NCBI GenBank assembly: GCA_963727445.1
Contig: CAVSGI010000008.1
Coordinates: 192,001 to 256,000 of the forward strand
Direction of reading: 5' to 3'
Length of the DNA: 64,000 nucleotides
Source: an uncultured delta proteobacterium
Lineage (GTDB): Bacteria; Myxococcota_A; Polyangia; Polyangiales; B10-G4
Below, one piece after another: positions 1 to 12,712 of the stretch. The notes below the pieces were generated by a model. It saw only the letters and a list, made by a program, of their open reading frames with translations. It did not search any database and was not told the origin of the DNA. A program made the position numbers and the translations under genes. Every line of letters starts with the position of its first letter. The stretch's first letter is position 1.

Positions 1-275
1 GGCGTGCCCTCGATCCGGACGAAGGTGTTGGGGCGCAGGGTGGCCGGGGTGAGCTCGGAGATGTCGCCCAGGTCGGCCGCGGTGTTGTTGGCGAAGAAGT
101 AGCCGACGTCTGCCCGGAGCGAGAGGAGGAAGGCCAGGGAGGCCACCACCGTCAGGGCCATCACGGTCATGGCCGCGAGGCGCCGGCCCCGCGGGGGCGC
201 CGGTAGCGCCTCGAGCTCGGGATCGACCTCTTCTCGGACCTGGGGCGCCTCGGCCGTCTGATTCGCGCTGCTCAC
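1..275 (-). CDS. Membrane-anchored hypothetical protein, runs off window start
   Basis: GTG at 275 reads MSSANQTAEAPQVREEVDPELEALPAPPRGRRLAAMTVMALTVVASLAFLLSL...; one hydrophobic helix, frame open to position 1. Confidence 0.7.
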   Translation of the reverse strand, partial: MSSANQTAEAPQVREEVDPELEALPAPPRGRRLAAMTVMALTVVASLAFLLSLRADVGYFFANNTAADLGDISELTPATLRPNTFVRIEGT

Positions 276-365
276 GATCCCTCTGACACCCACTATCGCC
301 AAAGGTTCGCGCCAGACAAGCGCCTGGCCGAATTCTGGGGTTTCAGGCCGGAGCGGCCGCCCAGA

Positions 366-707
366 TCAGCTCTTTTTGCGGTGGGTGCCCCTGTCGTTGC
401 GATAGTGGTCGAGGAGGCGGGGGGTCGACCAGGACGCGAAACGGGCCTTGTAGCCCTCGTCCTTGGTGCGCTTCTCCTTCTCGAGGATCGCAGCGATGAG
501 CTTGTCGCGGGAGCCGAACTCCGTCTTCACGGTCGAAAGGACGTCGTGGAGGTGGAGGAGCTTCTTGTTGGAGATGAGCTCGAGGCCCTTGTCCTCGTTG
601 AGGCGATCGGCCCAGAGGTCGTCCTTGACGAGATCCTTGACGGCAGAGACCAGCCCGGCCTTGTCCGTGAAGCGCTCTTGAACCTGTTGAAGCGGCGACT
701 TCTGCAT
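366..707 (-). CDS. Hypothetical protein
   Basis: MQKSPLQQVQERF...; GGGAGAAG upstream of ATG at 707; non-shadow amino acid composition. Confidence 0.75.
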   Translation of the reverse strand: MQKSPLQQVQERFTDKAGLVSAVKDLVKDDLWADRLNEDKGLELISNKKLLHLHDVLSTVKTEFGSRDKLIAAILEKEKRTKDEGYKARFASWSTPRLLDHYRNDRGTHRKKS

Positions 708-885
708 TTTCTTCTCCCGAAGGGTCGGCGTACGTATCACGCGCCCAAAGGGGGTGCAAGCCGGGCCAGGAGCCCGACCCCGCGGGCCGTTCGCCCCCCT
801 ATCCCCCTCGGATCAGAAGACTTTCCTCGGAGGTGGCCCAACCCCCTGGATCCGCGACCCCGCCTCGCCTATCAAGGCCCGACCG

Positions 886-4536
<3,651 letters not shown>

Positions 4537-4540
<4 letters not shown>

Positions 4541-5205
4541 AGATCCCTCCTCCGGCCAGTGAACCGGAGCTCGTCGCGCGCGCACGCGCCATCGCCGGCC
4601 GTCGGATCGGTGACGTCGCGGGGGAGCTCGGCATCGACGCGCCGCCCACGCTCAAGCAGCACAAGGGATTCGTCGGCGGCCTCCTCGAAAAGGCGCTCGG
4701 CGCAAGCGCGGGCTCGCGCGACGAGCCGGACTTCCCGGAGCTGGGCGTCGAGCTGAAGTCGATCCCGGTCGACACCCGCGGCAAGCCGCGCGAGTCGACC
4801 TTCGTGTGCACCATGCCGCTCGACGCGATCGCGGAGATCGAGTGGTCCGAGTCACGGGTCGCGCGCAAGCTCGCGCGCGTCCTCTTCGTCCCCGTCGAGT
4901 CCGACCCGGAGATCAGGGTCGGCGCCCGGCGCATCGGCGGCCCCATCCTCTGGACGCCGAGCCCCGAAGAGAGCACCGCCCTCGCTCGCGACTGGGAAGA
5001 GCTCGCCGGCCTCGTCGGCGCCGGCGAGGTCGAGCGCATCACCGCCCACCTCGGCGTCCACCTGCAGGTCCGCCCCAAAGCCGCCAACGCCAGCGTCCGC
5101 ACCAGCGCCCCCGGCGGCGACGAAGGCATCCTCTCCATCAACCCCCGCGGCTTCTACCTCCGCACCTCATTCACCCACGCCATCATCACCCGCGCCCTCA
5201 GCTAA
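4537..5205 (+). CDS. mutH: DNA mismatch repair endonuclease MutH
   Basis: Colinear with E. coli MutH: KGFVGGLLE, LGASAGS, PDFPELGVELKSIPVD, STFVC, DWEEL, ERITA, LQVRPKAAN, PRGFYL; GTG overlaps dnaE TGA (GTGA). Confidence 0.93.
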
Positions 5206-5400
5206 CGGGGACGGTCTACACTTTTCAACTTTCGCCCCCAAAACGGCTAACGGGGACGGTCTACACTTTTCAACTTTCGCCACGCAGGCTGGGTCCATCT
5301 GCATGCGTGCAGCCCGGCCGAAAGTTGAAAAGTGTAGACCGTCCCCATCAAGCGATCCCGGCCGAAAGTTGAAAAGTGTAGACCGTCCCCATCAAGCGAT
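5201..5400. repeat. Four-copy REP-like element (two direct plus two inverted copies of a 28-bp core)
   Basis: Core ggggacggtctacacttttcaactttcg at 5207-5234 and 5252-5279; reverse complement at 5319-5346 and 5363-5390. Confidence 0.95.
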
Positions 5401-6495
5401 GAGCGTCGCGTCGCCGAACTCGTGCGCGACGTAGCCCGCATCGCGCGCGGCGCGATGCGCGCGCGCCAACAGCGCATCGTCCACAAACGCGCGCATCAGC
5501 TCGTGATGGCTCTCGCCGGGCGCGTGCACGTTCGTGAGCAGCGCGTCGACGCATCGAAGCGTATGCCCCGGCGCGATGCGCAAATCGGTCACCCCCGACA
5601 GCGACCCCGCCGCCGCAGCGCCCTCGAGCGCGCGCACCACCGTCGTCCCCACCGCCACGACCCGCCCGCCCCGCGCTCGCGCCCGCGCGAGCGCCTCCAT
5701 CGTCTCCGCCGGAACGCGGTAGCGCTCCGGCAGCGGCAAGAGCCGATCGATCCGCGCGTCGCCCGTCGCGCTCAACCCCGCCGCGTGCGTCACCGCCGCG
5801 ATCCCCACCCCACGCCGCCGCGCCGCGATCAGCGTCCCCCACGTGAGCGGCCGCGCTGCCGAAGGCATCTCGACCGCCCACGGCCGCGTCGCGAAGGCGG
5901 TCTGAAACGCCTCGAGCGGCACCGCCGTCTTCAGATACGAGTACCGCACGGGCTCCGCCGCCTCGTAGAGCGCCGCGAGGAACGCCCCGCCCCCCACCTC
6001 GAACGCCACGTCCAACAGCCGCGGCGACGCCGCGTGAACCCGCAGCACGCGCGCACCGAGCCGCCCCGCCCGTCCCTGCACGGACGCGACCAACCGCTCC
6101 CCGACACGCACCCGCGGCGGCGCCAGCCGCGCGTCCGTGTCGTCGCGAAACGACCCTTCCCCGAAGAGCACCACCGTCCACCGCGCCTCCGCTCCAGGCA
6201 AGCGCGACGAAAGCCGCACCTCCACCCGCGCGCCACGATCCGTCCGCATCGCGATCGACGCCGGCACCGTCGCCGCGTCGTTCACCACCAAGAGATCCCC
6301 CGCGCGCAACACCTCCGGCAAGTCCCCGACGCGTGCATGCCGAACCGCGCGGCGCGCGCGGTCCACCACCAGCATCCGCTCGCGATCCCGCTCCCCACGC
6401 GGCCCGGGCGCCGCCGTGATCGCCCCGCCGCCCGCGTCCACCTCGCGCGCGCCGCGCACCGCCTCCGCCGCCCAAGCCACCAGCCCGCTCTTCAC
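5392..6495 (-). CDS. queA: QueA-like S-adenosylmethionine:tRNA ribosyltransferase-isomerase family protein
   Basis: GDLLVVNDAATVPA, FQTAFA...AVEMPSAARP, THAAGLS, ERYRVP, RVVAVGTTVVRALE, VDALLTNVH, HEFGDATLI; GTG overlaps the SDR stop. Confidence 0.85.
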   Translation of the reverse strand: MKSGLVAWAAEAVRGAREVDAGGGAITAAPGPRGERDRERMLVVDRARRAVRHARVGDLPEVLRAGDLLVVNDAATVPASIAMRTDRGARVEVRLSSRLPGAEARWTVVLFGEGSFRDDTDARLAPPRVRVGERLVASVQGRAGRLGARVLRVHAASPRLLDVAFEVGGGAFLAALYEAAEPVRYSYLKTAVPLEAFQTAFATRPWAVEMPSAARPLTWGTLIAARRRGVGIAAVTHAAGLSATGDARIDRLLPLPERYRVPAETMEALARARARGGRVVAVGTTVVRALEGAAAAGSLSGVTDLRIAPGHTLRCVDALLTNVHAPGESHHELMRAFVDDALLARAHRAARDAGYVAHEFGDATLIA

Positions 6496-7211
6496 GCCCC
6501 CTCCCACGAAGGCGCTTCGAGGCGCGCACCCGTGCGCGTCTCCTTCGCGACGATGGCCGCGAACACCGCCGCCACGTCCGCCGGCTGCTGAAGCGTCGAC
6601 GGATCCGCGTCGGGCAACGCCGCCGCGTGCATCTCGGTATCCATCTCCCCAGGATCGATCGCCAAGAAGCGCACCCCGGTGTCCGCGAGCTCCGCGCCCC
6701 AGACCCGCGCGAGATGGTCGAGCGCCGCCTTCGACGCCCCATATGCGCCCCACGTCGGGTAAGCCTCCACCGCCGCATCCGACGACACCGTCAGCACCAG
6801 CCCCTCGCCGCGCAGCAGCATCGAGCCGACCACCACCTTCGCCAGCCGGAACGCCCCCAGCACGTTCACCTCGAAGACCCGCGACAGCTCGCCCGCCTCG
6901 ACGTCGGAGAGCATCGGCATGGGCACCGGCCCGAGGGTGCTCGCGTTCAACACCAGCACGTCGACCGGCCCGATGCGCTCCACCGCTTCCGCCGCGATGC
7001 GCGCCGCTGCCCGCGGCTCCCCGACGTCGGCCACGATGCCATGCGCTTCCCCGCCGCTCTGACGGATCGCCGCCACCGCCGCCTCGAGCGCCTCTTCGCC
7101 ACGCGCCACCAGCGCGACCCGCGCGCCTTGTCGCGCGAGCCGCTCCCCGAGCGCCCGCCCCAGCCCCTGGCTACCCCCCGTGATCAGGACACTTTTTCCT
7201 CCGAGCTCCAT
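6492..7211 (-). CDS. Short-chain dehydrogenase/reductase
   Basis: VLITGGSQGLG, DVLVLNAS, YGASK, DPGEMDT; GGAGG RBS. Confidence 0.93.
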   Translation of the reverse strand: MELGGKSVLITGGSQGLGRALGERLARQGARVALVARGEEALEAAVAAIRQSGGEAHGIVADVGEPRAAARIAAEAVERIGPVDVLVLNASTLGPVPMPMLSDVEAGELSRVFEVNVLGAFRLAKVVVGSMLLRGEGLVLTVSSDAAVEAYPTWGAYGASKAALDHLARVWGAELADTGVRFLAIDPGEMDTEMHAAALPDADPSTLQQPADVAAVFAAIVAKETRTGARLEAPSWEGA

Positions 7212-7333
7212 ACGACACCTCCGTACGGATCTGTATGCGGCCCCCCCTCGTGCACGGCTCGGGCCCTGCCAACGCATTGGAAGAATGCTCGCGAGGGAAT
7301 GCGGGGAGGCCCGCGTCGTAGCAAGCTGACGAG

Positions 7334-8311
7334 ATGCCCGCGACGCGCGTCACCCCCATCGGAGCCGCCACGGACCGCCAGACGCGGGTCCTCGACGGTT
7401 TCGACGGCCCGCGCATCGCGCTCGGTCAGCTCGAGGACGCCTACCGGCGCGTCCTGTCCGACGCGCGCGCTTCCGCGCGGCACTACCTCGACGCCGACGG
7501 CTATCGCCTCTACTGGTGCCGCCCCGGCGCCCCTCTCCGGAGCCGCGACCTCCCCGAGCTCCCCGCCGCCTACGCCGTCGTCGGCCGCCACGCCCGATGC
7601 GACCCGCAACTCGACGCGGATCGCGAAGTCTCGCTCCGGCATCTGCTTGTGCGTCCCGGCCGCCTCGACGACGGCACGTTGGCGCTTCGCCTCATCGATC
7701 TGCGCGGCGAGATGCCCTTCTTCCTGCTCGACGATCAGCCGCGCCGCTCGATCGCCGCCGCCGGCCCGGTCGCCATCCGTCTCGGGCGCTACGCGCTCAT
7801 CGCCCTGCCCTTCGTGCACGGCGCGCTCGTCGCTCCGAGCACCCTCGAGGCCCCGGCCATGCACGAAGACGTGCGTCCGCCCGAACGCGTCACGAAGAGC
7901 GAGCCCACCTCGACCAACATCACCATCCTGCCCGGCGTCACGGGCGTGATGGAAGTCGCGCGCCGCATGTCCCCCGGCGACGCCACCTTCACCGTGATGC
8001 GTGATGACGAGAGCGCATCGGTCGGCGTGAGCCGCGCCGACCTCGATCGGGGCGTGCTCATCGGGCGACTGCCGCGCTGCATCGACGGCGGCATCCGCAG
8101 CATCTTGAGTGCGCAGATCAGCCGCGCCCACCTCCTGGTGCTCGCCGAGGGCAGCCGCGTGGTCGCCTTCGACCTCGCCAGCACCAACGGCACCTACAAG
8201 CGGGGACGCGAGGTGAGCTGCGCCCGCCTCCACGACGGCGGCACCACCCTCGGCCTGAGCCGCCACCAGGGTGTCACCTTCCGCTTCACCCGCGAGCCGC
8301 TCACCAGCTGA
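7334..8311 (+). CDS. FHA domain protein
   Basis: C-terminal LIGR...ISRAH...DLASTNGT. Confidence 0.85.
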   Translation: MPATRVTPIGAATDRQTRVLDGFDGPRIALGQLEDAYRRVLSDARASARHYLDADGYRLYWCRPGAPLRSRDLPELPAAYAVVGRHARCDPQLDADREVSLRHLLVRPGRLDDGTLALRLIDLRGEMPFFLLDDQPRRSIAAAGPVAIRLGRYALIALPFVHGALVAPSTLEAPAMHEDVRPPERVTKSEPTSTNITILPGVTGVMEVARRMSPGDATFTVMRDDESASVGVSRADLDRGVLIGRLPRCIDGGIRSILSAQISRAHLLVLAEGSRVVAFDLASTNGTYKRGREVSCARLHDGGTTLGLSRHQGVTFRFTREPLTS

Positions 8312-8473
8312 CCGCGAGCGCGAACGAGGCCGTACGCCTCGCATCTGTGGAATTTTGGTACACCAACGTGCCTCACCTGGTGACCGAGCCCCTCAGTGGC
8401 GACGGTAGACGCCACGCGATATGGCGAGAATGTCGCGGTGCGTCATAAAGGTGACGGTGGCGTCAATCGGCCG

Positions 8474-8938
8474 TCAGGCCGCGGCGCGGCTGACGCGATC
8501 GGCGTGAGCCACGGTCACACTGGTCCCGCGAACCGACATTTGTACGGCCGAAGCGAGAGCCGCCATCGTGTACCGGTCGGCGCCCGCGTCGGAGAGGAGC
8601 ACCCGGCCTCCGGGTCCCTTAGCCATTTCCGAAGCAATTGCACGGAGCATCAGGCTTCGCGATTCGAGAACCTGGCTGTCGGTGCGGCCGCCGCCGACGA
8701 GCGTCGCCCAGCTCGGAGCCCGCTCTTCGGCAACCAGCTCCCGCACCTTGTCCCGCACGCGAACCGCGAAATCATTCGTCTTCTCATCCTTCTCTTGAAG
8801 GATCACGACCACGTCCGGGGCATCCGCCTTGAAGCGGTCTACCCAGGGGGTCCAGTCGCTGTTTCGCTCAGCAACGATGAGAGATGTGGCGGGGCGGGTC
8901 ATTGGTACGGCTCTTGTCAGGGATTGCTCAAGCAACAT
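8474..8938 (-). CDS. Hypothetical protein
   Basis: GAGAGG upstream of ATG at 8938; globular composition; start uncertain. Confidence 0.65.
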   Translation of the reverse strand: MLLEQSLTRAVPMTRPATSLIVAERNSDWTPWVDRFKADAPDVVVILQEKDEKTNDFAVRVRDKVRELVAEERAPSWATLVGGGRTDSQVLESRSLMLRAIASEMAKGPGGRVLLSDAGADRYTMAALASAVQMSVRGTSVTVAHADRVSRAAA

Positions 8939-9087
8939 CGGGGCCAACCTCTCGGACAGACACCGGACCCCCTCGAAGGTTCCCGGCGACTCTCCTACTG
9001 ACGTATCGCGCCGCATTCGGATCTCTTACGCCCGACCCCGCCCTTCAGATCGAACCATCAGGCTCCCCGCCCCAACCGGCCTCGCCG

Positions 9088-9116
9088 TTGACGCCCCGCC
9101 CCCCGATTGCTACCTC
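9088..9116 (+). promoter_or_regulatory. Sigma70-type promoter of tRNA-Lys
   Basis: TTGACG-17 bp-TACCTC with extended -10 TG, 11 bp upstream of the tRNA. Confidence 0.65.
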
Positions 9117-9127
9117 GCCCACCCCAA

Positions 9128-9203
9128 GGGTCGTTAGCTCAGTTGGCAGAGCAGTGGGCTTTTAACCCATCGGTCGCAGGTTCGAGCCCTGCACGACCCA
9201 CCA
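9128..9203 (+). tRNA. tRNA-Lys (UUU)
   Basis: 76-nt cloverleaf: GGGTCGT/ACGACCC acceptor stem, CTTTTAA anticodon loop, GTTCGAG T-loop, encoded CCA. Confidence 0.97.
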
Positions 9204-9330
9204 CCATGCGTCTCCTCTTCTTGCCCCTCGTTCTCGTCGCCTGCGGGTGGATGCTTCGCTCGGGTCTGCGAACCCGCTGCACTTCCGACGGGTGCCTTCG
9301 CGGAATCGCTCGAATCGGTTTGGGCTCTTG

Positions 9331-9359
9331 AACCCATCGGTCGCAGGTTCGAGCCCTGC
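9331..9359 (+). repeat. Exact 29-bp copy of an internal tRNA-Lys segment (att-like scar)
   Basis: aacccatcggtcgcaggttcgagccctgc is identical to 9164-9192. Confidence 0.9.
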
Positions 9360-9430
9360 TCCACTTCGGTCCGCCTACGCGAACCGCTCGCGCACCTATC
9401 CCTCGTCGCGCCGGCCCGCTCAGCAGCTCT

Positions 9431-9919
9431 TCACCGAGACGCCTCCGAAAGAGCCTCCCAATCGACGAGACAGTCCTCCGCCAGCACGAGGTACCCAGCC
9501 GCGAGCTCGTCGCTGACCGCGTTCGCGATCACGCCCCGGTCGCCCAGGAACTGGATGAAAGCGCGGTACTCGTCGAGGAACTCCATCGGATGGGTGCCCG
9601 GCGGGTTCAGCCCCCACATGCACGCCTCGAGGATGTGCTGCCATGGCTCGATGCTCGCCCAGGCTTGCCCTTCGGTGACGACGTCGCTGTCGTGGAAATG
9701 GCCGAGCGCAGTACCCGTGAGCTCGTATATGGCGGTGAAGACGTCCTCCCAGCGCAGCAAGCGCTCGTCGGAGACCTCCTCACACATGAAGTCGACGATC
9801 AGGCCGACGTACTTGATGTACCAGGAGCGGTCCGGCTCCGGCAACGGCCACCGAGGCTCCTTGCCCTGGTAGCTCCGCAGCTCTTCACGCGCTCGACGCG
9901 CCCGTCTCTTCACGTTCAT
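9431..9919 (-). CDS. Hypothetical protein
   Basis: 162-aa ORF with GGAGG RBS; acidic/aromatic composition. Confidence 0.7.
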   Translation of the reverse strand: MNVKRRARRAREELRSYQGKEPRWPLPEPDRSWYIKYVGLIVDFMCEEVSDERLLRWEDVFTAIYELTGTALGHFHDSDVVTEGQAWASIEPWQHILEACMWGLNPPGTHPMEFLDEYRAFIQFLGDRGVIANAVSDELAAGYLVLAEDCLVDWEALSEASR

Positions 9920-10001
9920 TCGGCAACCCTCCGCGCCTCGTGCGCGGCCCCTTATCGGGACCGCGGCGCGGTGGTTGCCTCAGTCGAGAAAGACGCTCCG
10001 C

Positions 10002-11135
10002 TCAGCCCCAGTGGCGGCGGCGACGCCACCACAGGCCGGTGAGGATGACGAAGATGGCGAGGTAGCCGCCGTGGGTGCCGGAAGCCGTGTGGCAGCCGCA
10101 GCCGCCGTCGCCGCCGCGGCGGGTGACGCCGCCATCGGTGAGGATCGGGCCCGTGTCACCGCCGGTGGTGCCCGTGTCACCGCCAGTGGTGCCGGTGTCA
10201 CCGCCGGTGGTGCCGGTGTCGGCGGTGGTGCCGGTGTCAGCGACCGATCCGTCGGTGCTGCCGTCGGCGACGCCGCCGTCGGTGCTGGCGTCCATGGCGC
10301 CGCCGTCGGTGCCGCCATCGGTCGTGCCGCCATCGGTGGTGCCGCCATCGGTCGTGCCACCATCGGTGCCTGCATCGGCAACGCCGCCGTCTGTGGCCGC
10401 GCCGGGCTCGATGGCCGTGGCGGAGAAGGCGACGGTCTCGGTGGCGCTCGCCGCGATGGCGCGGCTGTAGCCGTAGGCGCCCGTGAAGTCGTCATCCGTG
10501 AAGGGCAGCCCGGTGCCGTCGAGGGTCGTGGGCATCGTGTCCTCGAGCAGGTCCACGAGGTTCGAGTAGTCGAGGACCTGATAGGAATCGACAGCGGTGC
10601 CGCTGAAGCGCACCGACGCGCCCGAGTCCGTCACGGTGATGGTCGGGTTCGGAAGGCCCGTGGTCAGCGTCGCGTCGTCCGTCGAGGAGGTGCCATCGGC
10701 CTCGGCGTCGACGTAGCCGAAGAGCTCCACGTCGAGAGACCCGCTCGTCGTGTTCTCCACCGCCACCGAGACAGCGATGGAAGCCTGCCCGGAGCTCGGC
10801 TCGCTCAGGGTGATGGTGACGACGATGTTCAGGCCGGTGGAGTCGACGTCGGTGTAGGTCAGCGTCGCCACGCTGCCGGTGTACGACTCCGAGTCCGGCG
10901 TCCCGAGCCCCGTCTCGCCGCCCGTCGAACCGATCCGATACCAGACGCCGAGGGCGAAGAGCTGGTCGGTCCCGCCCGAGCTGGTCAGGTCCGCCGACCA
11001 TCCGCCGCTGAAGCTCGCGTAGTCCGTGATCTCGAAGCTCGCGCCTCCGCTCGTCACGCTGCCCTGCGCGCTGGCGGTCGATGCGGCGGTCAGAACCACC
11101 AAGAAGCCAACAAGTGCCGAATTGAAACGCACCAT
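10002..11135 (-). CDS. MYXO-CTERM-type surface protein with Asp/Gly/Thr linker
   Basis: Signal peptide ending ASA-Q; C-terminal GGCGC, hydrophobic helix, RRRR. Confidence 0.88.
   Translation of the reverse strand: MVRFNSALVGFLVVLTAASTASAQGSVTSGGASFEITDYASFSGGWSADLTSSGGTDQLFALGVWYRIGSTGGETGLGTPDSESYTGSVATLTYTDVDSTGLNIVVTITLSEPSSGQASIAVSVAVENTTSGSLDVELFGYVDAEADGTSSTDDATLTTGLPNPTITVTDSGASVRFSGTAVDSYQVLDYSNLVDLLEDTMPTTLDGTGLPFTDDDFTGAYGYSRAIAASATETVAFSATAIEPGAATDGGVADAGTDGGTTDGGTTDGGTTDGGTDGGAMDASTDGGVADGSTDGSVADTGTTADTGTTGGDTGTTGGDTGTTGGDTGPILTDGGVTRRGGDGGCGCHTASGTHGGYLAIFVILTGLWWRRRRHWG
10150..10370 (-). repeat. Coding tandem repeats (21-bp TTGGDTG and 15-bp TTDGG units)
   Basis: Units ccggtgtcaccgccggtggtg and gccgccatcggtcgt within the MYXO-CTERM gene. 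Confidence 0.85.
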
Positions 11136-11215
11136 CGATCTCTCCCCTTTTCGCCTCGCTCCCCTGAGCGAGCGAGCCGGCCTCCCATAAAGGCGCGAGC
11201 GGCGCCGCGCCAGGG

Positions 11216-11269
11216 GGGCTGAGCGCAGCCTCACACCTTCGGGCGAGCCTCTGAGGAGCGGCTCAGCCC
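11216..11269. other. Intergenic stem-loop between divergent genes
   Basis: gggctgagc (11216-11224) / gctcagccc (11261-11269) with inner cctca/tgagg. Confidence 0.55.
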
Positions 11270-11403
11270 TTGAAATCGCTGGCAAAGTACGAGCGAAGCC
11301 GCAGGTGGTGGACGACGTGATGGTGTCCTCGGGGACCGACGCCTCATCGGCTATGATGGAGAACGACGGAACCTTTCATCCCGAGAGACGTCGAAAGCAG
11401 GAC

Positions 11404-11736
11404 GTGAAGATCCCGAAAAAGCTCCTGGCGCGGGTCGCCGGGCCCCTGGTCGCCGGAGCGGCGCTGTCCTGCACGAGCGCCCCCGCGACGGACACGGCGC
11501 CGATCACGCCCATCGACCCCGCCACCGAGGCGCCGCACGCCGAAGCGCCCGACCCCGTCCCCTACGACGCCACCGCCGAAGCGGACCGCATCGCCCGCAC
11601 CGAGGCGCTCCTCGCGTCGCGCGACGTCGCCCGCGAAGCGCGCATCGACGCCCAGGAAGAGGCGCAGCATCGCCGGCAGGCCGCTCAGATCCGCATTACC
11701 CACCGGTTCATCGGAATCGGCTGCGGGCGCGGCTGA
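11404..11736 (+). CDS. Small exported/lipoprotein-like protein ending in CGRG
   Basis: GTG after AGGA; MKIPKKLLARVAGPLVAGAALSC signal/lipobox-like N-terminus. Confidence 0.65.
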   Translation: MKIPKKLLARVAGPLVAGAALSCTSAPATDTAPITPIDPATEAPHAEAPDPVPYDATAEADRIARTEALLASRDVAREARIDAQEEAQHRRQAAQIRITHRFIGIGCGRG

Positions 11737-11775
11737 GCTTCGTCACTACTCGCCGCCCTCGAGGGCTCGCGGCAG

Positions 11776-12681
11776 TCAGCGGTCGAGGTCTCGCAGGATG
11801 CTCACCGCGAGCCTGCCGACGGGGAACTCGTTGTAGCGCTCGTCGTAAGGGTCGGGATCGTCGACCAGCGCTTCGACGTAAGGACGCAGCGTCGGATCCG
11901 GATGGTCGACGAGGTACGAAAGGGCCGTGCGACGGACCTCCGTCGCGGGATCGGTGAGCGCCGATTCGAGGACGGCGCGCTGGTTCGGCAGACGCCCGAT
12001 CTGAGCGAGGGCGGCGACGCGCGCCGCTTTGTCGGCCGAAGCCCAGGCCTTCTCTACGAGGGGACGGGCGAGGTCGTGACACTCGAGGAGCGCCGCCAGC
12101 AGCGCAGGCGAATCGATCTCCGAGGCCAGATCCACGAGGCGCTTCGTCAGCCGCCGGTCGGACTTCGCCGACATCACCAGGTTCTCTACGTGTATCGCCG
12201 CGAGCTGCCCCGACCGAACGCGCTCCAGCAGCCAATCGTGATCGCCCTTGCGCACCAGCGCATCGATCGCCAGCTGCCGCTGCCGATAAAGCGCGCGACT
12301 GTCGCCCTGCGTCAGCTCGCGCGTCTCTTCGACGGTCGTGACGTCGTGCTGGATCAGGACGTTTCGAAGCGCCTCGTCCCGACGCGCCCCGAGCTGAAAG
12401 AAGAAGCGCATCGCGTCGACGGTCTCCGCGCGCCGCGCCGGATCGTCGAGGCGCGCCTCGATGTGCGCGTGCAGGATGCGGCGGGCGTTCGGGCCTTTGA
12501 GCACGAGGAGCTGCACGAGCCGATCGCCGTTCGCCGCCGAGATCTCCGCTTCGACAAAGTCCGTCAGCGCCCTTTCGACCTCCGGGGCCATGCGCCTGCC
12601 CACGTACGGCCACACGGCGTTCACGTCTCCCTCCTCGATGGCCTGCAGGATCCTCTCGTCGAAGTAGCCCTCGGTCGTCAT
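11776..12681 (-). CDS. HEAT-repeat-like protein
   Basis: ARVAALAQIG, ALTDPATEVRRTALSYL; TAGAAT just upstream of ATG. Confidence 0.7.
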   Translation of the reverse strand: MTTEGYFDERILQAIEEGDVNAVWPYVGRRMAPEVERALTDFVEAEISAANGDRLVQLLVLKGPNARRILHAHIEARLDDPARRAETVDAMRFFFQLGARRDEALRNVLIQHDVTTVEETRELTQGDSRALYRQRQLAIDALVRKGDHDWLLERVRSGQLAAIHVENLVMSAKSDRRLTKRLVDLASEIDSPALLAALLECHDLARPLVEKAWASADKAARVAALAQIGRLPNQRAVLESALTDPATEVRRTALSYLVDHPDPTLRPYVEALVDDPDPYDERYNEFPVGRLAVSILRDLDR

Positions 12682-12712
12682 CCGCGTCCCCGATTCTACC
12701 CGTGCCGCGATC

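Noticed and set aside
5201..5400. CRISPR array
   Set aside because: Copies are in both orientations, spacers are 0-9 bp or 31 bp, and no cas genes are present
9321..9370. Second functional tRNA
   Set aside because: Lacks D arm and acceptor stem
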